Translations under genes and position numbers: made by a program
The notes under the pieces: generated by a model
Databases searched by the model: none
The model's input: the letters and a program-made list of their open reading frames with translations, nothing else
What the model was told of the DNA's origin: nothing
In this document: one piece after another, positions 28,328-40,409 of the stretch
Position numbering within the stretch: the first letter of the stretch is position 1
Layout of the letters: each line of letters begins with the position of its first letter
Source of the DNA: the human T2T-CHM13v2.0 reference genome, Homo sapiens
Assembly (NCBI RefSeq): GCF_009914755.1
Contig: NC_060929.1
Strand: one strand, 5' to 3'
Length of the DNA stretch: 64,000 bases

Positions 28328-29864
28328 CTCCCTCTCCCTCTCTCTCTCCCTCTCCCCATGGTCTCCCTCTCCCCACGGTCTCCCTCTCCCTCTCTTTCCA
28401 CGGTCTCCCTCTGATGCCGAGCCGAAGCTGGACTGTACTGCTGCCATCTCGGCTCGCTGCAACCTCCCTGCCTGATTCTCCTGCCTCAGCCTGCCGAGTG
28501 CCTGCGATTGCCGGTGCGCGCCGCCACGCCTGACTGGTTTTCGTATTTTTTTGGTGGAGACGGGGTTTCGCTGTGTTGGCTGGGCTGGTCTCCAGCTCCT
28601 AACCGCGAATGATCCGCCAGCCTCGGCCTCCCGAGGTGCGGGGATTGCAGACGGAGTCTCGTTCACTCAGTGCTCAATGTTGCCCAGGCTGGAGTGCAGT
28701 GGCGTGATCTCTGCTCGCTACAACCTCCACCTCCCAGCCGCCTGCCTTGGCCTCCCAAAGTGCCGAGATTGCAGCCTCTGCCCGGCCGCCACCCCGTCTG
28801 GGATGTGAGGAGCGTCTCTGCCTAGCTGCCCAGTCTGGGAAGTGAGGAGCGCCTCTTCCCGGCCGCCATCCCATCTAGGAAATGAGGAGCGTCTCTGCCC
28901 GGCCGCCCATTGTCTGAGATGTGGGGAGCGCCTCTGCCCCGCCGCCCCGTCTGGGATGTGAGGAGCGCCTCTGCCCGGCTGCGACCCCGTCTGGGAGGTG
29001 AGGAGCGTCTCTGCCCGGCCGCCCCGTCTGAGAGGTGAGGAGCCCCTCCGCCCGGCAGCCGCCCCATCTGGGAGGTGAGGAGCCCCTCTGCCCGGCAGCC
29101 GCCCCAACTGAGAAGTGAGGAGCCCCTCCGCCCGGCAGCTGCCCCGTCTGGGAGGTGGGGAGCATCTCCGCCCGGCAGCCACCCTGTCCGGGAGGGAGAT
29201 GGGGGGTCAGCCCCCACCCGGCCAGCCGCCCCGTCCGGGAGGTGGGGGGCGCCTCTGCCCGGCCGCCCCTTCTGGGAAGTGAGGAGCCCCTCTGCCAGGC
29301 CACCACCCCATCTGGGAGGTGTACCCAACAGCTCATTGAGAATGGGCCATGATGACAATGGCGGTTTTGTGGAATAGAAAAGGGGGAAAGGTGGGGAAAA
29401 GATTGAGAAATCGGATGGTTGCTGTGTCTGTGTGGAAAGAAGTAGACATGGGAGACTTTTCATTTTGTTCTGTACTAAGAAAAATTCTTCTGCCTTGGGA
29501 TCCTGTTGATCTATGACCTTACCCCCAACCCTGTGCTCTCTGAAACATGTGCTGTGTCCACTCAGGGTTGAATGGATTAAGGGCGGTGCAAGATGTGCTT
29601 TGTTAAACAGATGCTTGAAGGCAGCATGCTCGTTAAGAGTCATCACCACTCCCTAATCTCAAGTACCCAGGGACACAAACACTGCGGAAGGCCGCAGGGT
29701 CCTCTGCCTAGGAGAACCAGAGACCTTTGTTCACTTGTTTGTCTGCTGACCTTCCCTCCACTATTGTCCTGTGGCCCTGCCGAATCCCCCTCTGGGAGAA
29801 ACACCCAAGAATGATCAATTTAAAAAAAAAAAGAAAACCAAAAAAAAAAAAATCAAAAAAAAAA
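28328..29864 (+). mobile_element. SVA retrotransposon (SVA_C/D-like): CCCTCT hexamers, Alu-like region, short VNTR, SINE-R, poly(A)
   Basis: (CCCTCT)n head; ctgatgccgagccgaagctggactg; GC-rich VNTR ~28790-29320; HERV-K-derived SINE-R ending acccaagaatgatcaa; A tail 29822-29864. Confidence 0.98.
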
Positions 29865-30150
29865 GTTTCACTTGCCTATTGAGCTCCTATGCTCTGCCAT
29901 CAGAAGAGCATGCCTCAGAAAGCAATGGCTCCAGAATATGCTCAATTAGAAATGGGTTCTTGAGACTCGCTCCCAGATTAAAGAAGCATTCAGAAAAGGC
30001 TTGAACTCAACCTACTGTGGGAAGCCAAGTCCAACGGAACTCATCAGAACCACAGCTGACACACAGATCTGAGGACAAGAAGATCGTATTTGTTGTTGTA
30101 AGCCACTGAGATTTAAGGGGTGATTGTTACACAACAAACACTGACTAATG
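29865..30150 (+). mobile_element. 3' half of an MLT1 LTR (part of the putative SVA 3' transduction)
   Basis: ttgttgttgtaagccactgagattt...gattgttac...ctgactaat MLT1 3' end; no 5' half seen upstream of the SVA. Confidence 0.75.
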
Positions 30151-30525
30151 TACATAACTAATAAGCTTATAAATCAGGGTTTTGGAGGCTGATCTAATAC
30201 AGCAACACAGATCATGGAAAAAAAAAAGGAAAATTTTAAAAGTTATCACGGAGAAGGATCTGAAGTTTATGATAAAAAATGATGGGCTAAATCTCTCCTC
30301 CTACTTGATTTGGGAACATTGGTCATCACCCTGTGATACACCTGGTGTGCTATGATTTTCAAGAATAAGGAATGTTAGATTTCACAGTTGCTTGCTGTAT
30401 GGAATCTGAAAGTCGCTGAGGTCCTTAGTCTGCTAGTTGCCTCCCAGCCTCAGCATAGGTTGTGTTGGTGCCTGAATGGTTTTCCCTATTCAGACATGTT
30501 CTTGTTAACTTTGATGTGGTATCTC

Positions 30526-30812
30526 TTTTATTTTGAGACAGAGTGTTACTCTGTCACTCAGGCTGGAGTGCAGTGGTGCAATCTCAACTCATTGCATCTT
30601 TCGCCTCCTGGGTTTGATTCTCCCACCTCAGCCTCCTAAGTAGCTGGGATTACAGGCGTGCACCGTTATGCCTGGGCTAATTTTGTATTTTTAGTAGAGA
30701 CAAGGTTTCACCATGTTGGCCAGGATGGTCTTGAACTCCTGACCTCAAATTATTCACCCACCTCAGCCTCCCAAAGTGCTGGGATTACAGGTGTGAGTCA
30801 CTGTGCCCAGCC
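30526..30812 (-). mobile_element. Alu (AluS)
   Basis: Antisense dimer; TSD gatgtggtatctctt / gatatggcatctctt. Confidence 0.95.
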
Positions 30813-31119
30813 CAGATATGGCATCTCTTGATGCCCCATCTGTATCCTAGAAGTCAGGGTCCCCTTATCTTCTGAGCCTGTACCCCTATATGAATGGAGA
30901 AGGAAGCAAGCTGTATGGTCTGCAGAAGTATTTGACTGACTAGTTTGGTATTCTGAAATTTAAACTCATTGCCCTTAAACAATGTGCTAATGTTCTCCAC
31001 ATGTTATGCAACAGCACCACTTTGTTTTCTGCTGTGTTTCCTGAGACATTTGAGTTCTTCATCTTGGCTTTTTGGTAATCAAAGCTTTCCCAGTCCAGCT
31101 GAATCCTTTCTTTCTAGGC

Positions 31120-31370
31120 CTGTCAGTACGTAAAGTCCTTCCCTATTCCCTGAGGAATAACCCAAGGTCTCTGTGCCTTTGCTAGGTCTGTTTCTTTTGG
31201 GTAGAATGCCTCTCCTGCTCCTTTGTCCAACCTAACCATTTTGTACTCCTCCCTGTAATCTCAATTTGCACATCACCTCTGTGAAGCTTTTCTCACTGAG
31301 TCTGTCCTTTCTACTCCCTAGAATTAGTCAAACCTCCCTCCCAATAGTTCCTTGCCGGTACTCCAACCAT
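31120..31370 (+). mobile_element. L2 fragment
   Basis: tgcctttgct...tagaatgcc...catcacctctgtgaagctttt. Confidence 0.55.
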
Positions 31371-31428
31371 GGTGTGTATGTGTTGAGAAATAAACAAGCC
31401 AGAAACAAACTTAGAAGTTCCTTAAAGG

Positions 31429-31877
31429 TGTCAACCTTAAATAATGAGATTCAAAAAATATATTAAGTATAGAGTTTATTCGAGTGCAAAGTTTGAGGAT
31501 AGCCACCCAGAGACATTGACTCCAAATGAATGCAACAAGCATTCCAAAGTAGAGAAGTTAAATTTCAGCAGCATGGCAACATTTTCCATACACGACCAGT
31601 GCACACACACATCACAGTGATTTGATTGGTTACGAACTGCTACATTCTAAGGAAGATTGCTTTATTACTCCAAGAGGAAGAGTAGTGAGCTGAGGGAGTC
31701 TTATCTCTGGGGAACTTTGTTCTTAATTATTTACAGAAAATAAAAAAGGCAGAAGTTGCAGCTGCATGCCATGTGACTTAAGCTGCATAGCCACATTCCT
31801 CTCAAGGCTCAGGATAACTTCAATTTCAAACAGCTTTAAGTTTGAATTATTTTAAGTTTGAATTATTTAATTTCACA
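31429..31877 (-). mobile_element. ERV1 solo LTR (MER4-group, MER93-like)
   Basis: tgtca...tcaca termini; 4-bp TSD aagg at 31425-31428 and 31878-31881. Confidence 0.75.
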
Positions 31878-32520
31878 AAGGCTACAGCCATGTTTTCTCT
31901 GCTCTTTCCTCAATGTGGGATCCTTCATGTCATTGAATTCTTTATTGGACATCTATTATGTATAAAGCCCCAAAAGATAACTGATGAGGAGTTTTTTTTA
32001 TCTCAGAGTAGGATGGAGGTGTGAGGCCAGGGAGCAGAGCCTGCTCTAGATGTTACCACTTTTCTCAGGGTGCTTAACCTGCTTCAGTGCGGCCGTTGCT
32101 ACCGCCCGCTGGTGCACTTCTGAGGTTATTCTCCACCGTGCCAGAACCTCCCGCCATCCTCTGCTAGGGGAAAGATGAAAGAGCATACTATTTACTTTTT
32201 TTAGTCTTTATACTTTGCCTCCCTTGATACCAAAGGATGGGCAGGAGCATGTCTGACCTCCTGATGTGGATGTTGCAATTGGGTTGAGGCTGCTGGATTT
32301 ACTTAGTACCAAATGCTCTCTTTTGCCTGACTTCCTGCCAAGCCTAGGTGCATATAACCACTTGGGCGGTGGCCACCCCCAGTGATTTGAACTTATAGGA
32401 CGGTAGAAGTATGTGAATCATGTTGCTTCAAGAAATTCAGTTATTCTCCAAGTTCTAAAATAAAATCTGGTGGATGTTTGTTAGAAGCTAGGTACTTAAC
32501 TCTTCAGAAAAAGGAAAATC

Positions 32521-33041
32521 TGAAAGAAAAATATATTTAAAAGTGGTCTAAGATGGCTGCAGATTGGACATAGACAATAGAAACTAGGCCTATGAATTAA
32601 AGCTGAACCCTCACCAGCAAGGCTGCAGTCTGTCAAATATTTCACTGATATGTACGAATTATAATACAACCCTATCTATCAGATATAGCATAAAGGCAGG
32701 ATAAAATCAATCATCCCTCTCCAGACCCTAAGATGCCCACATACTTGCTAACCTTTTACCCTATATAACTTAACCAGACTGTTGCTTTATCTTATGTACA
32801 ATGTCTCTGAGCACCAATCAGAATTGTGAGAATGTCACCTTTACTTTATTACCCCTTTCTCTCATTTTCTATGTAATGGAACACATGAATACCGTGCCTC
32901 ATGTAACCCACTCTGAGACTCATTATCGGTTTGTGCTAAGTCAGTGTTTTCAGGGGCTATTTGTCCTCAAACTTGGCTAAGGTGAAATTAACTTTACATT
33001 TTTAACATTATAATGCCTTTTGTTTCAGCTTTCAGTCAACA
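32521..33041 (+). mobile_element. Probable old ERV1 solo LTR
   Basis: tgaaag...tcaaca termini and LTR-like composition; no clear TSD. Confidence 0.45.
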
Positions 33042-33974
33042 CGTCAAGGGAAGGAAGAAAGATTAAATATTATTTATATACCTGTGTCTCAGACAGGCAG
33101 AAATGTAGGCTTTGGGATAAGCGATGGTCTGGAGAACCTGGAGGGAGAGACAAAGAAATTGCAACTCTTTGGGCTTAAACGGAAGCTTCAATTAGAGAAG
33201 AGAGTTGAAATGGAGAGAATTTCTATTGTCTAATTCAAGGCTGATGGGCTTCCTAAGTGTTTTAGGCTAGAATGAGCTCACATTTGGAGAATATTCTGAG
33301 CTCTTCAATAATACTTAAGATATATTAGGCATGATCAAATATGTAGTCATTTAAAGATGTTTCACTTTTTTTCCCTTTCAAAATTCTATTAGAGTTCTCA
33401 AATGCAAGAGCTGGGATAGAGAGTTTCTTCATTTCTGCAAAATGAAGACCATTGAATTATTTCTCTCTGTGATGAATTAAAAAAAATGCTGGGTCTAAAA
33501 TCAAATCGTCTGCAAGTTTAAGACTTTGACTAGCTCAGATTCTGGCTATATTAGAATATTTGAGCCTGCTATCAAGTATAAGAACATGTGCAGGCCTCCT
33601 TTTTACCTCCTTCTATGAGTATTTTACCTTCTATTTCAAAATCAAGAACAGGAAATCCAACCCTGAGGGTTCCATTCCTGGCATATTTATGCCCCAGGCA
33701 GATTGAGAGAATAAAATAGACTTTTTACAAATGAAGAGATATCACGCTTTTTAGCCTGGGACAGGAAACTTTAGCTGTTGCTAAGGCAACTGCAGAGTTC
33801 TGGCTCTTAAGCTGGCTGTGCGAGGAGTATCTCAGAGCCCCAGATGCCTCTGCTGTCACTCACTGTCAGACCAAGTGCAAAGGACTTGGTAGTGAACTCA
33901 CAGAAACAATGAGACCATTTTTGAATTCTGAAAAGCAAGTGAGGACTCTCAAGACAAAGTATACATATGGTACC

Positions 33975-34356
33975 TGCTATGGTTTGAATGTTTTTGTTCC
34001 CTTCAAAATACACATGTTAGAAACTTAATCCCCAACGCAACAGTGTTAAATGGTGGGGCCTTGAGGGAGGTGTTTAGGTCATGAGGACAGAGTCTTCATG
34101 AATGAATTAAAGCCACTATAAAAAGGGCTTGAGGGAGTGTGTTCTCTGTTCTGCTCTTCTGCCATGTGAGAACACAGAGTTCTTTCTCTCCAGAGGATGC
34201 AGCAACAAGCTGCCATATTGGAACCAGAGACTTAACCTGCCAGCACCCTGCTCTTGAACTTCCCAGGCTCCAAAACCATGACAAGTAAATTTCTGTTCTT
34301 TATAAATTACCCAATCTATGGTATTCTGTTACAGCAGCACAAAACCGATGAACACA
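33975..34356 (+). mobile_element. MSTD-like MaLR solo LTR
   Basis: Start tgctatggtttgaatg; tataaattaccca; TSD gtacc/atacc. Confidence 0.85.
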
Positions 34357-34377
34357 ATACCCTTTAAAAATAAACAA

Positions 34378-34670
34378 TGGAATGATACTATAGTGGTCGA
34401 TACATGTCATTATTATTTGTCAAAATCCATAAGAATCTACCTTACCAAGAGTGAACCCTAGTGTAAACTACAGACTTTGAGTGATAATGATGTGTCAATG
34501 TAGGTTCATCACCTATAAGAAATATACCATTCTGGTATGAGATATTCATAGTTGGGGAGGCTGTGTATGTGTTGTTTGTTGGGGGGCATATATGAGAACT
34601 CTCTGTACCTTCTGCTCACGCTTGCTGTGAACTGAAAACCACTAAAAAAAAAAAGTCTGTTTTTAAAAAA
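34378..34670 (+). mobile_element. L1MC 3' end
   Basis: gatacatgtcattat...gtgaaccctagtgtaaacta...gatgtgtcaatgtaggttcatc. Confidence 0.8.
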
Positions 34671-35469
34671 TTGACATCCTTGGGGCTGGGAGAAAAGGGG
34701 ACAAGTCCAAAGGGCTCAAAGCCAGGCTGCATGGGAAAGTTGTATTAGTCTGTAGAACAATAAACGAAGAAACCGTGGGTATGAAAGACCCAAAGAACAC
34801 TCTGATGCTGATAAGAATGTCAGGCTGCTGTCTGGTTGAGAAAATAATTTGGCTTGCTCAGGCTGGAAAACCAGTAACATTGGGACAGACTGTCTTTCTT
34901 GTGGATGAAATTTGTGGATGAAATGTGGAAACATGCTGAGATTTGTAAAGGTTATGAACGAGAGAATATGGCCTTAAGAAAGGTGATGTTTTATATAATG
35001 ATCTAATTAATGCAGATATCTATCCATCTCAGCCCCCTGCCTTGAGCCAGGAAACCTTACTCCTCCATGTCTATCCAGGGCCCAGACACTAGGGAATATT
35101 GTGTAACCACTTGAGCAGCGCCTGCAGGTACTGCTGTTTTGTTTTGCTCTCCTGCTGTTTCCTAGTCTCTGGTAACCATTTTTGTTGCAACTACTACTGT
35201 GGCCCTTGCAAAACGAGGGGTGTGTGTTGTGCCAGAGAGTAGGTGATATAAAAGTCAAAGCGAGAATGAGGCATCTCCCCAATAAAGCAATCTTGGGAAA
35301 CCTGTGGTTAGGGCTGCATATACCCACGTCCACACCTTGCTGCCACATGGGGTCCCTTTTACTGCTCAAATAGACCAGTCTATTCCAGTGTCTCTTATCT
35401 TGACCTTAATAAGTCAAGGATGACCTTTTTATGAAGTATGTGCATGTGGAAAACACAGCGGAGCAATTA

Positions 35470-35700
35470 AAATGCTATTTTCTGCAGTTAGACTGCCAGG
35501 GTTGGCAGTTCAATTCTACCACTTACTAGCTGTGTGACCTTAAGCAAATTACTCAGCTGTGGGTCTCTTGGGTTCTTTATCTGTAAAATGAGAATAATAA
35601 TAGCACTGACCTCATTGTGAGTTGTTGTGAGAATTAAATGATGTAATCCATGTAAAATGCTTAGAACAGTGCCTAGTACACTGTAATCACTGAAATTGGC
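35470..35700 (+). mobile_element. MIR
   Basis: accacttactagctgtgtgaccttaagcaa...atctgtaaaatgagaataata...gcttagaacagtgcct. Confidence 0.85.
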
Positions 35701-36577
35701 TTATTGTTGCACTATTGGCTTTCTGGCTTGCTTTTGTTTAAATTAAGGCATAACTATCACATGGCTTGATATAATGCACTTGGGAATGGAAATATTGAGC
35801 TACATGACAAGGAACAATGTATTCTGGTACAGTTATATCAAGTTTCAATTTCATAACACAACTGAAAAAACAAAGTTTAAAAATGTTGACATATTTCTAG
35901 GTGGTTGCAGTGACAAAAATATAACCAACACAACAGATTTGAATCCCTCTAGCACTAACACCTGCTTTATGAAATATGTTCTATGGCATGTTTTCTTTAA
36001 GAGGTCGAGAAGCTTTAGATGATAAATTCTGTCCTATAATTTTAAAAAAGACAGCAGTGGTGATACATCCTGTTATACTGAGAATGGAAAAATCGACTTC
36101 AACTTGGTTCTTGTACTGTGTCTTGTTTTTCCATAAGGAGGAGGAGACTGTCCTCTACCAATTTCATTTATGCTTTTCTTGAGCCAAGACTGTGCTTGGC
36201 CATGCTTGTGGGTTGGCTCTTAAAGTGACGAACTGGTCACTGGGAAATTGTAGCTCCTCCTCGCCTTCCCCCGGTGTGCTTTCCTTACCAATCAAGTAGG
36301 GGAAATGGCCTTCTGGATTATGATCTATTGGTTTGGAGGTAGGGGTGGAGTGTGGGTGAATTTGAGTCACATCTACACTTCCCTAGGAAGCTGTTGCTTT
36401 TATTATGGTATTAGGAACTTTACAGATGTACATGCTAATATTAAGCTATTCTTGCTTAAAAATATTTTATTATATTAATCATTGTGGAATAATGGTTTAA
36501 AATGTTTCTGAAGTTACTAAATGCCTGGATAGAAATCAAACCCAAAAGAATTTTAAAAACACATGTAAAATTACTTG

Positions 36578-36775
36578 TCTAAGAGAAATTTCTGTGATGA
36601 TGAAAATGTCTCTTCTGTGCTGTGTAATATGGTAACCAGTAGCCATATGTGGGTGTTGAGCACTTGAAAGTGAGTAGCATGACTGAGGAACTCAATTTGT
36701 AATTTTATTTAATTGTAATACATTTGAATTTAAATAGCCAGATGTGGCTAATGGTTACCATATCGGATAGTGTAA
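36578..36775 (+). mobile_element. MER3 (hAT-Charlie)
   Basis: ttctgtgatgatgaaaatgt...agccatatgtgg...tgactgaggaact. Confidence 0.8.
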
Positions 36776-36846
36776 GTTTAAAACATAATGAAAAGTCACC
36801 TAACCTAAGCCTCATTTTCTTAGTATGCAAAAGGTGTGAATTAGGC

Positions 36847-37388
36847 CAATGGTTCTCTCGATCTTGGCAGTACAATGAAGTCACTCAAAGAATGTTAAAA
36901 GAGTACTGATACTTGGGTCTCCTGCTGTATTAGATCATTTTCATGCTGCTGATAAAGACATACCCAAGACTGGGTAATTTATAAAGAAAAAGAGGTTTAA
37001 TGGACTCAGAGTTCCACATGGCTGGGGAGGCCTCACAATCATGGTGGAAAGCAAAAGGCATGTCTTACATGGTGGGAGACAAGAGAGGATGAGAGCCAAG
37101 TGAAAGGGAAAGCCCCTTATAAAATCATCAGATCTCATGAGACTTATTCACTACCACTAGAACAGTATGGGGGAAACCGCCCCCATGACTCAATTATCTC
37201 CCACTGGGTCACTCCCACTACATGTGGGAATTGTGGGAGCTACAATTCAAGATGAGATTTGGGTGGGGACACAGCCAAACCATATCACCTGCCCAATATT
37301 ATTTAGTTAGTCTAAGTCTAGTCATTGAGATTCTTCTAAAGCCTCTCAGGTAATCCTAAAGTACAGCTAAGGTTGGGAACCATCACTG
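36847..37388. mobile_element. MER5A-like element split by a THE1 LTR
   Basis: caatggttctc left end; aggttgggaaccatcactg right end. Confidence 0.6.
36926..37287 (-). mobile_element. THE1 (THE1C-like) solo LTR
   Basis: tgtattag...ccaaaccatatca; 5-bp TSD cctgc at 36921-36925 and 37288-37292. Confidence 0.93.
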
Positions 37389-38239
37389 AACTAGATTACC
37401 TTTAGGTTCTTTTTCAGTTCTATAATATAATTCTATATATTTAGCCCAAATTGTACTAAATTTAGAATTCTATAAGGCAAATAGGACACTTATTACTTAA
37501 GCCAGTTGCAATAGAAAAGTACATATAGATGTTGGCTTTTTACAAAGGCTGTTTGTCCTAAAACGTTTCTGAAACTTAATGATATAAAACCAATAAACCA
37601 GGTTATTGTGATCTACTCCTCTTTGGAGTTTTTCCTGGCTGTGTCAGACCATGGCTCAGGCTATAGACAAGGAAGAGTCTATGTGTATGTACTTGTTTGG
37701 GATCTGACTGCAGCCTGTGTCAAGGTTTGGCCATCTGCCCATAAACCTGCATGGGGTGACATCACTGAGTAATCCAAGCTGCCAGTTTATGGAGATCTCA
37801 GTAGGAGGTCTTTGGGCTAATCATTTAGAGCACCACACAGCAACTGCTGAGTTTGTATCTTCCCTGGGATTAGAAAAATAAAGTTTTTGGCCAAGTCATT
37901 CTCTCTCAAAGCTACTATACAAATGGTTCCAGAAGGTATTCAGGACAGTTGCTCCCAGGATTTTTAAGGCCTGAAACAAATGTACATTTCTTCTAGCTAA
38001 TAAATTCCTCAAATAATGAGTGAAATAGGTACAAGTACTCAGTTTTCTCTAAAAACAAAACAAAACAAAAACAAAAAACTATTTGGTTTTAAGAGTTATA
38101 CTCATAACAAGACTTTGTTTTGTTTTGTTTTGTTTGTCTGTGGGCCTTGACTAATTGATATAGTGTTTCTGTATGAGAGAACAAAGGACTACATATAGGT
38201 CAAATATTGGAGATTAACAAGGTGTTGGGGGAATCACTT

Positions 38240-38591
38240 TTGTTTGCCTGTGTGCCCACCCTAATCTTATCTTGAATTGTAACTCCCACAATTCCTATAT
38301 GTCATGGGAGGAACCCAGTGGGAGGTGATTGAATATGGGTGGGTGGGTGTTTCCTGTGCTATTCTTGTGATTGACAGTGAATGAGTCTCACAAGATCTGA
38401 CGGTTTTTAAAAACGGGAGTTTCCCTGCACAAATTTGCTTGCTGGCAACCATGTGAGATGGGACTTTCTCCTCCTTGACTTTCGCCATGATTGTGAGGCC
38501 TTCCCAGCCATGTGGAACTGTAAGTCCATTAAACCTTTTTCTTCCCAGTGTCGGGTATGTCTTTATCAGCAGCATGAAAACACACTAACAC
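38240..38591 (+). mobile_element. THE1B-like solo LTR
   Basis: aatcttatcttgaattgtaactcccacaattcc...tgtctttatcagcagcatgaaaa. Confidence 0.9.
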
Positions 38592-38619
38592 GCTTTAATA
38601 AACTGCTTTATTTACCATC

Positions 38620-39900
38620 ACTTTAAAATAAAAGAGCAGACAATGGACCAGTGTAACAGAACAGAATCTGGAACCAGACTCCATATGGGTTTACACATCT
38701 GAATGACAAATGTGCTATTATAAATCAGTGGGGGAAAGGAATCCTGGGTAAATCTCACTGAGAAAATGCTTATCTTTACAGAAAAAGTAAAATAAAATAA
38801 AATTAGATTCCTACCTCACACCAATACATAAATCAATTCCAGGAAGATTAAGAATATAAATGTGAAAAAGCAAAACCTTTAGGCAAATTGTGGATGTAAA
38901 TTATTCTCCAACTCTCAGGTCATACAGATAAGACAAAAATATCAGTGAAAAAGACTGAAATTTGACTACATGCAACTTAAAACTTCTGTACAGTAAGATA
39001 GCAAAAACAAAACAAAAACACACACACACACACACACAGACTGGGAAAATATGCTTGCAACACATAGTTGATAAAAATTGAAGGCTCTTACAAAGAAAAA
39101 TAATAAGGCCAAAAGAAAAATGGTGAACTGATTCACACAGAGGGTATTATATTTGCCAGTAAACATAAATAAGATGTACTACCTCTTTAGTAACCAGGTA
39201 AATTCAATTTTTAAATAATATATAATTTCAAACTTACAAGATTGGCAAAAAGAATAAAAACTGACAATATCAAGACTTGGTAAGGATGTGGAACAATGGG
39301 GACTCTCAAACACTGCTATTTGGAGTGAAATTGGCACAGCCACTTTAGAAAGCAATTTAACAATATCAGGAAAAGTTGAAGGTATGTAATAGCTATAATC
39401 CAACAATATTTTTGTAGCATGTATCCTGGAGAAAATTTTGCACACATGTGCAAGGTGACATTTATGGAACTACTCATTAAATTATTCCTTATAAAAGTAA
39501 ATATTGCAAGTGAAATTGCCATCATTTGGAAAAATGCTAAGCAAGATGTGGTATAATCCCACAAATTAGTGAATTACAACTGTGTGTATCAATATGGATA
39601 TGTCTCAACATAATGTTGAGTGAAAACTAATTATAGGACAAACAAAATGGTATTTATATAAACCTTAAAACAAGCAAAATTATACTATTTATTGTTTACA
39701 GGGCTTAGATAGATATGTAGTATAAAAACATTTATGGTTGCATTCACTTTGTGGGGAAGGGGATGAGATTGGGGGAAAACACAGAGGGTTTCAAATATCT
39801 CTAAAATGTTTTGTGTGTGTGTTTTTTTTTTTAATCAAGTGGAGTGGTAAGTTCACAGGTCTTCACTATATATAGCTTAAATGTTAAAGTGCTTCACCAA
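38620..39900 (+). mobile_element. Old L1M (L1ME-like) ORF2 3' end and 3'UTR, with (CA)n at ~39018-39038
   Basis: aaattagattcctacctcacacca...; taaggatgtggaacaatggggactctc. Confidence 0.75.
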
Positions 39901-39913
39901 AAAATAAACAGCA

Positions 39914-40307
<394 letters not shown>

Positions 40308-40409
40308 TTAAGAAAGCGTACAATATTAGACAATACAACACAGTTATTGAGCTCATATGTGTAGCAGATGTGAACCTCTGCCCAAAATTAAGGTATGCAG
40401 GAAATAATT

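Noticed and set aside
28790-29320. Regularly spaced ~37-50-bp repeats that look like an array
   Set aside because: This is the SVA VNTR: tandem units, no unique spacers, no cas genes, primate DNA. Not CRISPR.
28313-29649. Long overlapping ORFs, up to 275 aa
   Set aside because: They come from the GC-rich, stop-poor SVA VNTR and Alu-like regions; not genes.
31835-31868. 16-bp tandem duplication (tttaagtttgaattat)x2
   Set aside because: Ordinary slippage duplication inside an LTR.
34900-34930. Tandem tgtggatgaaat repeats
   Set aside because: Two and a half short units; no sign of function.
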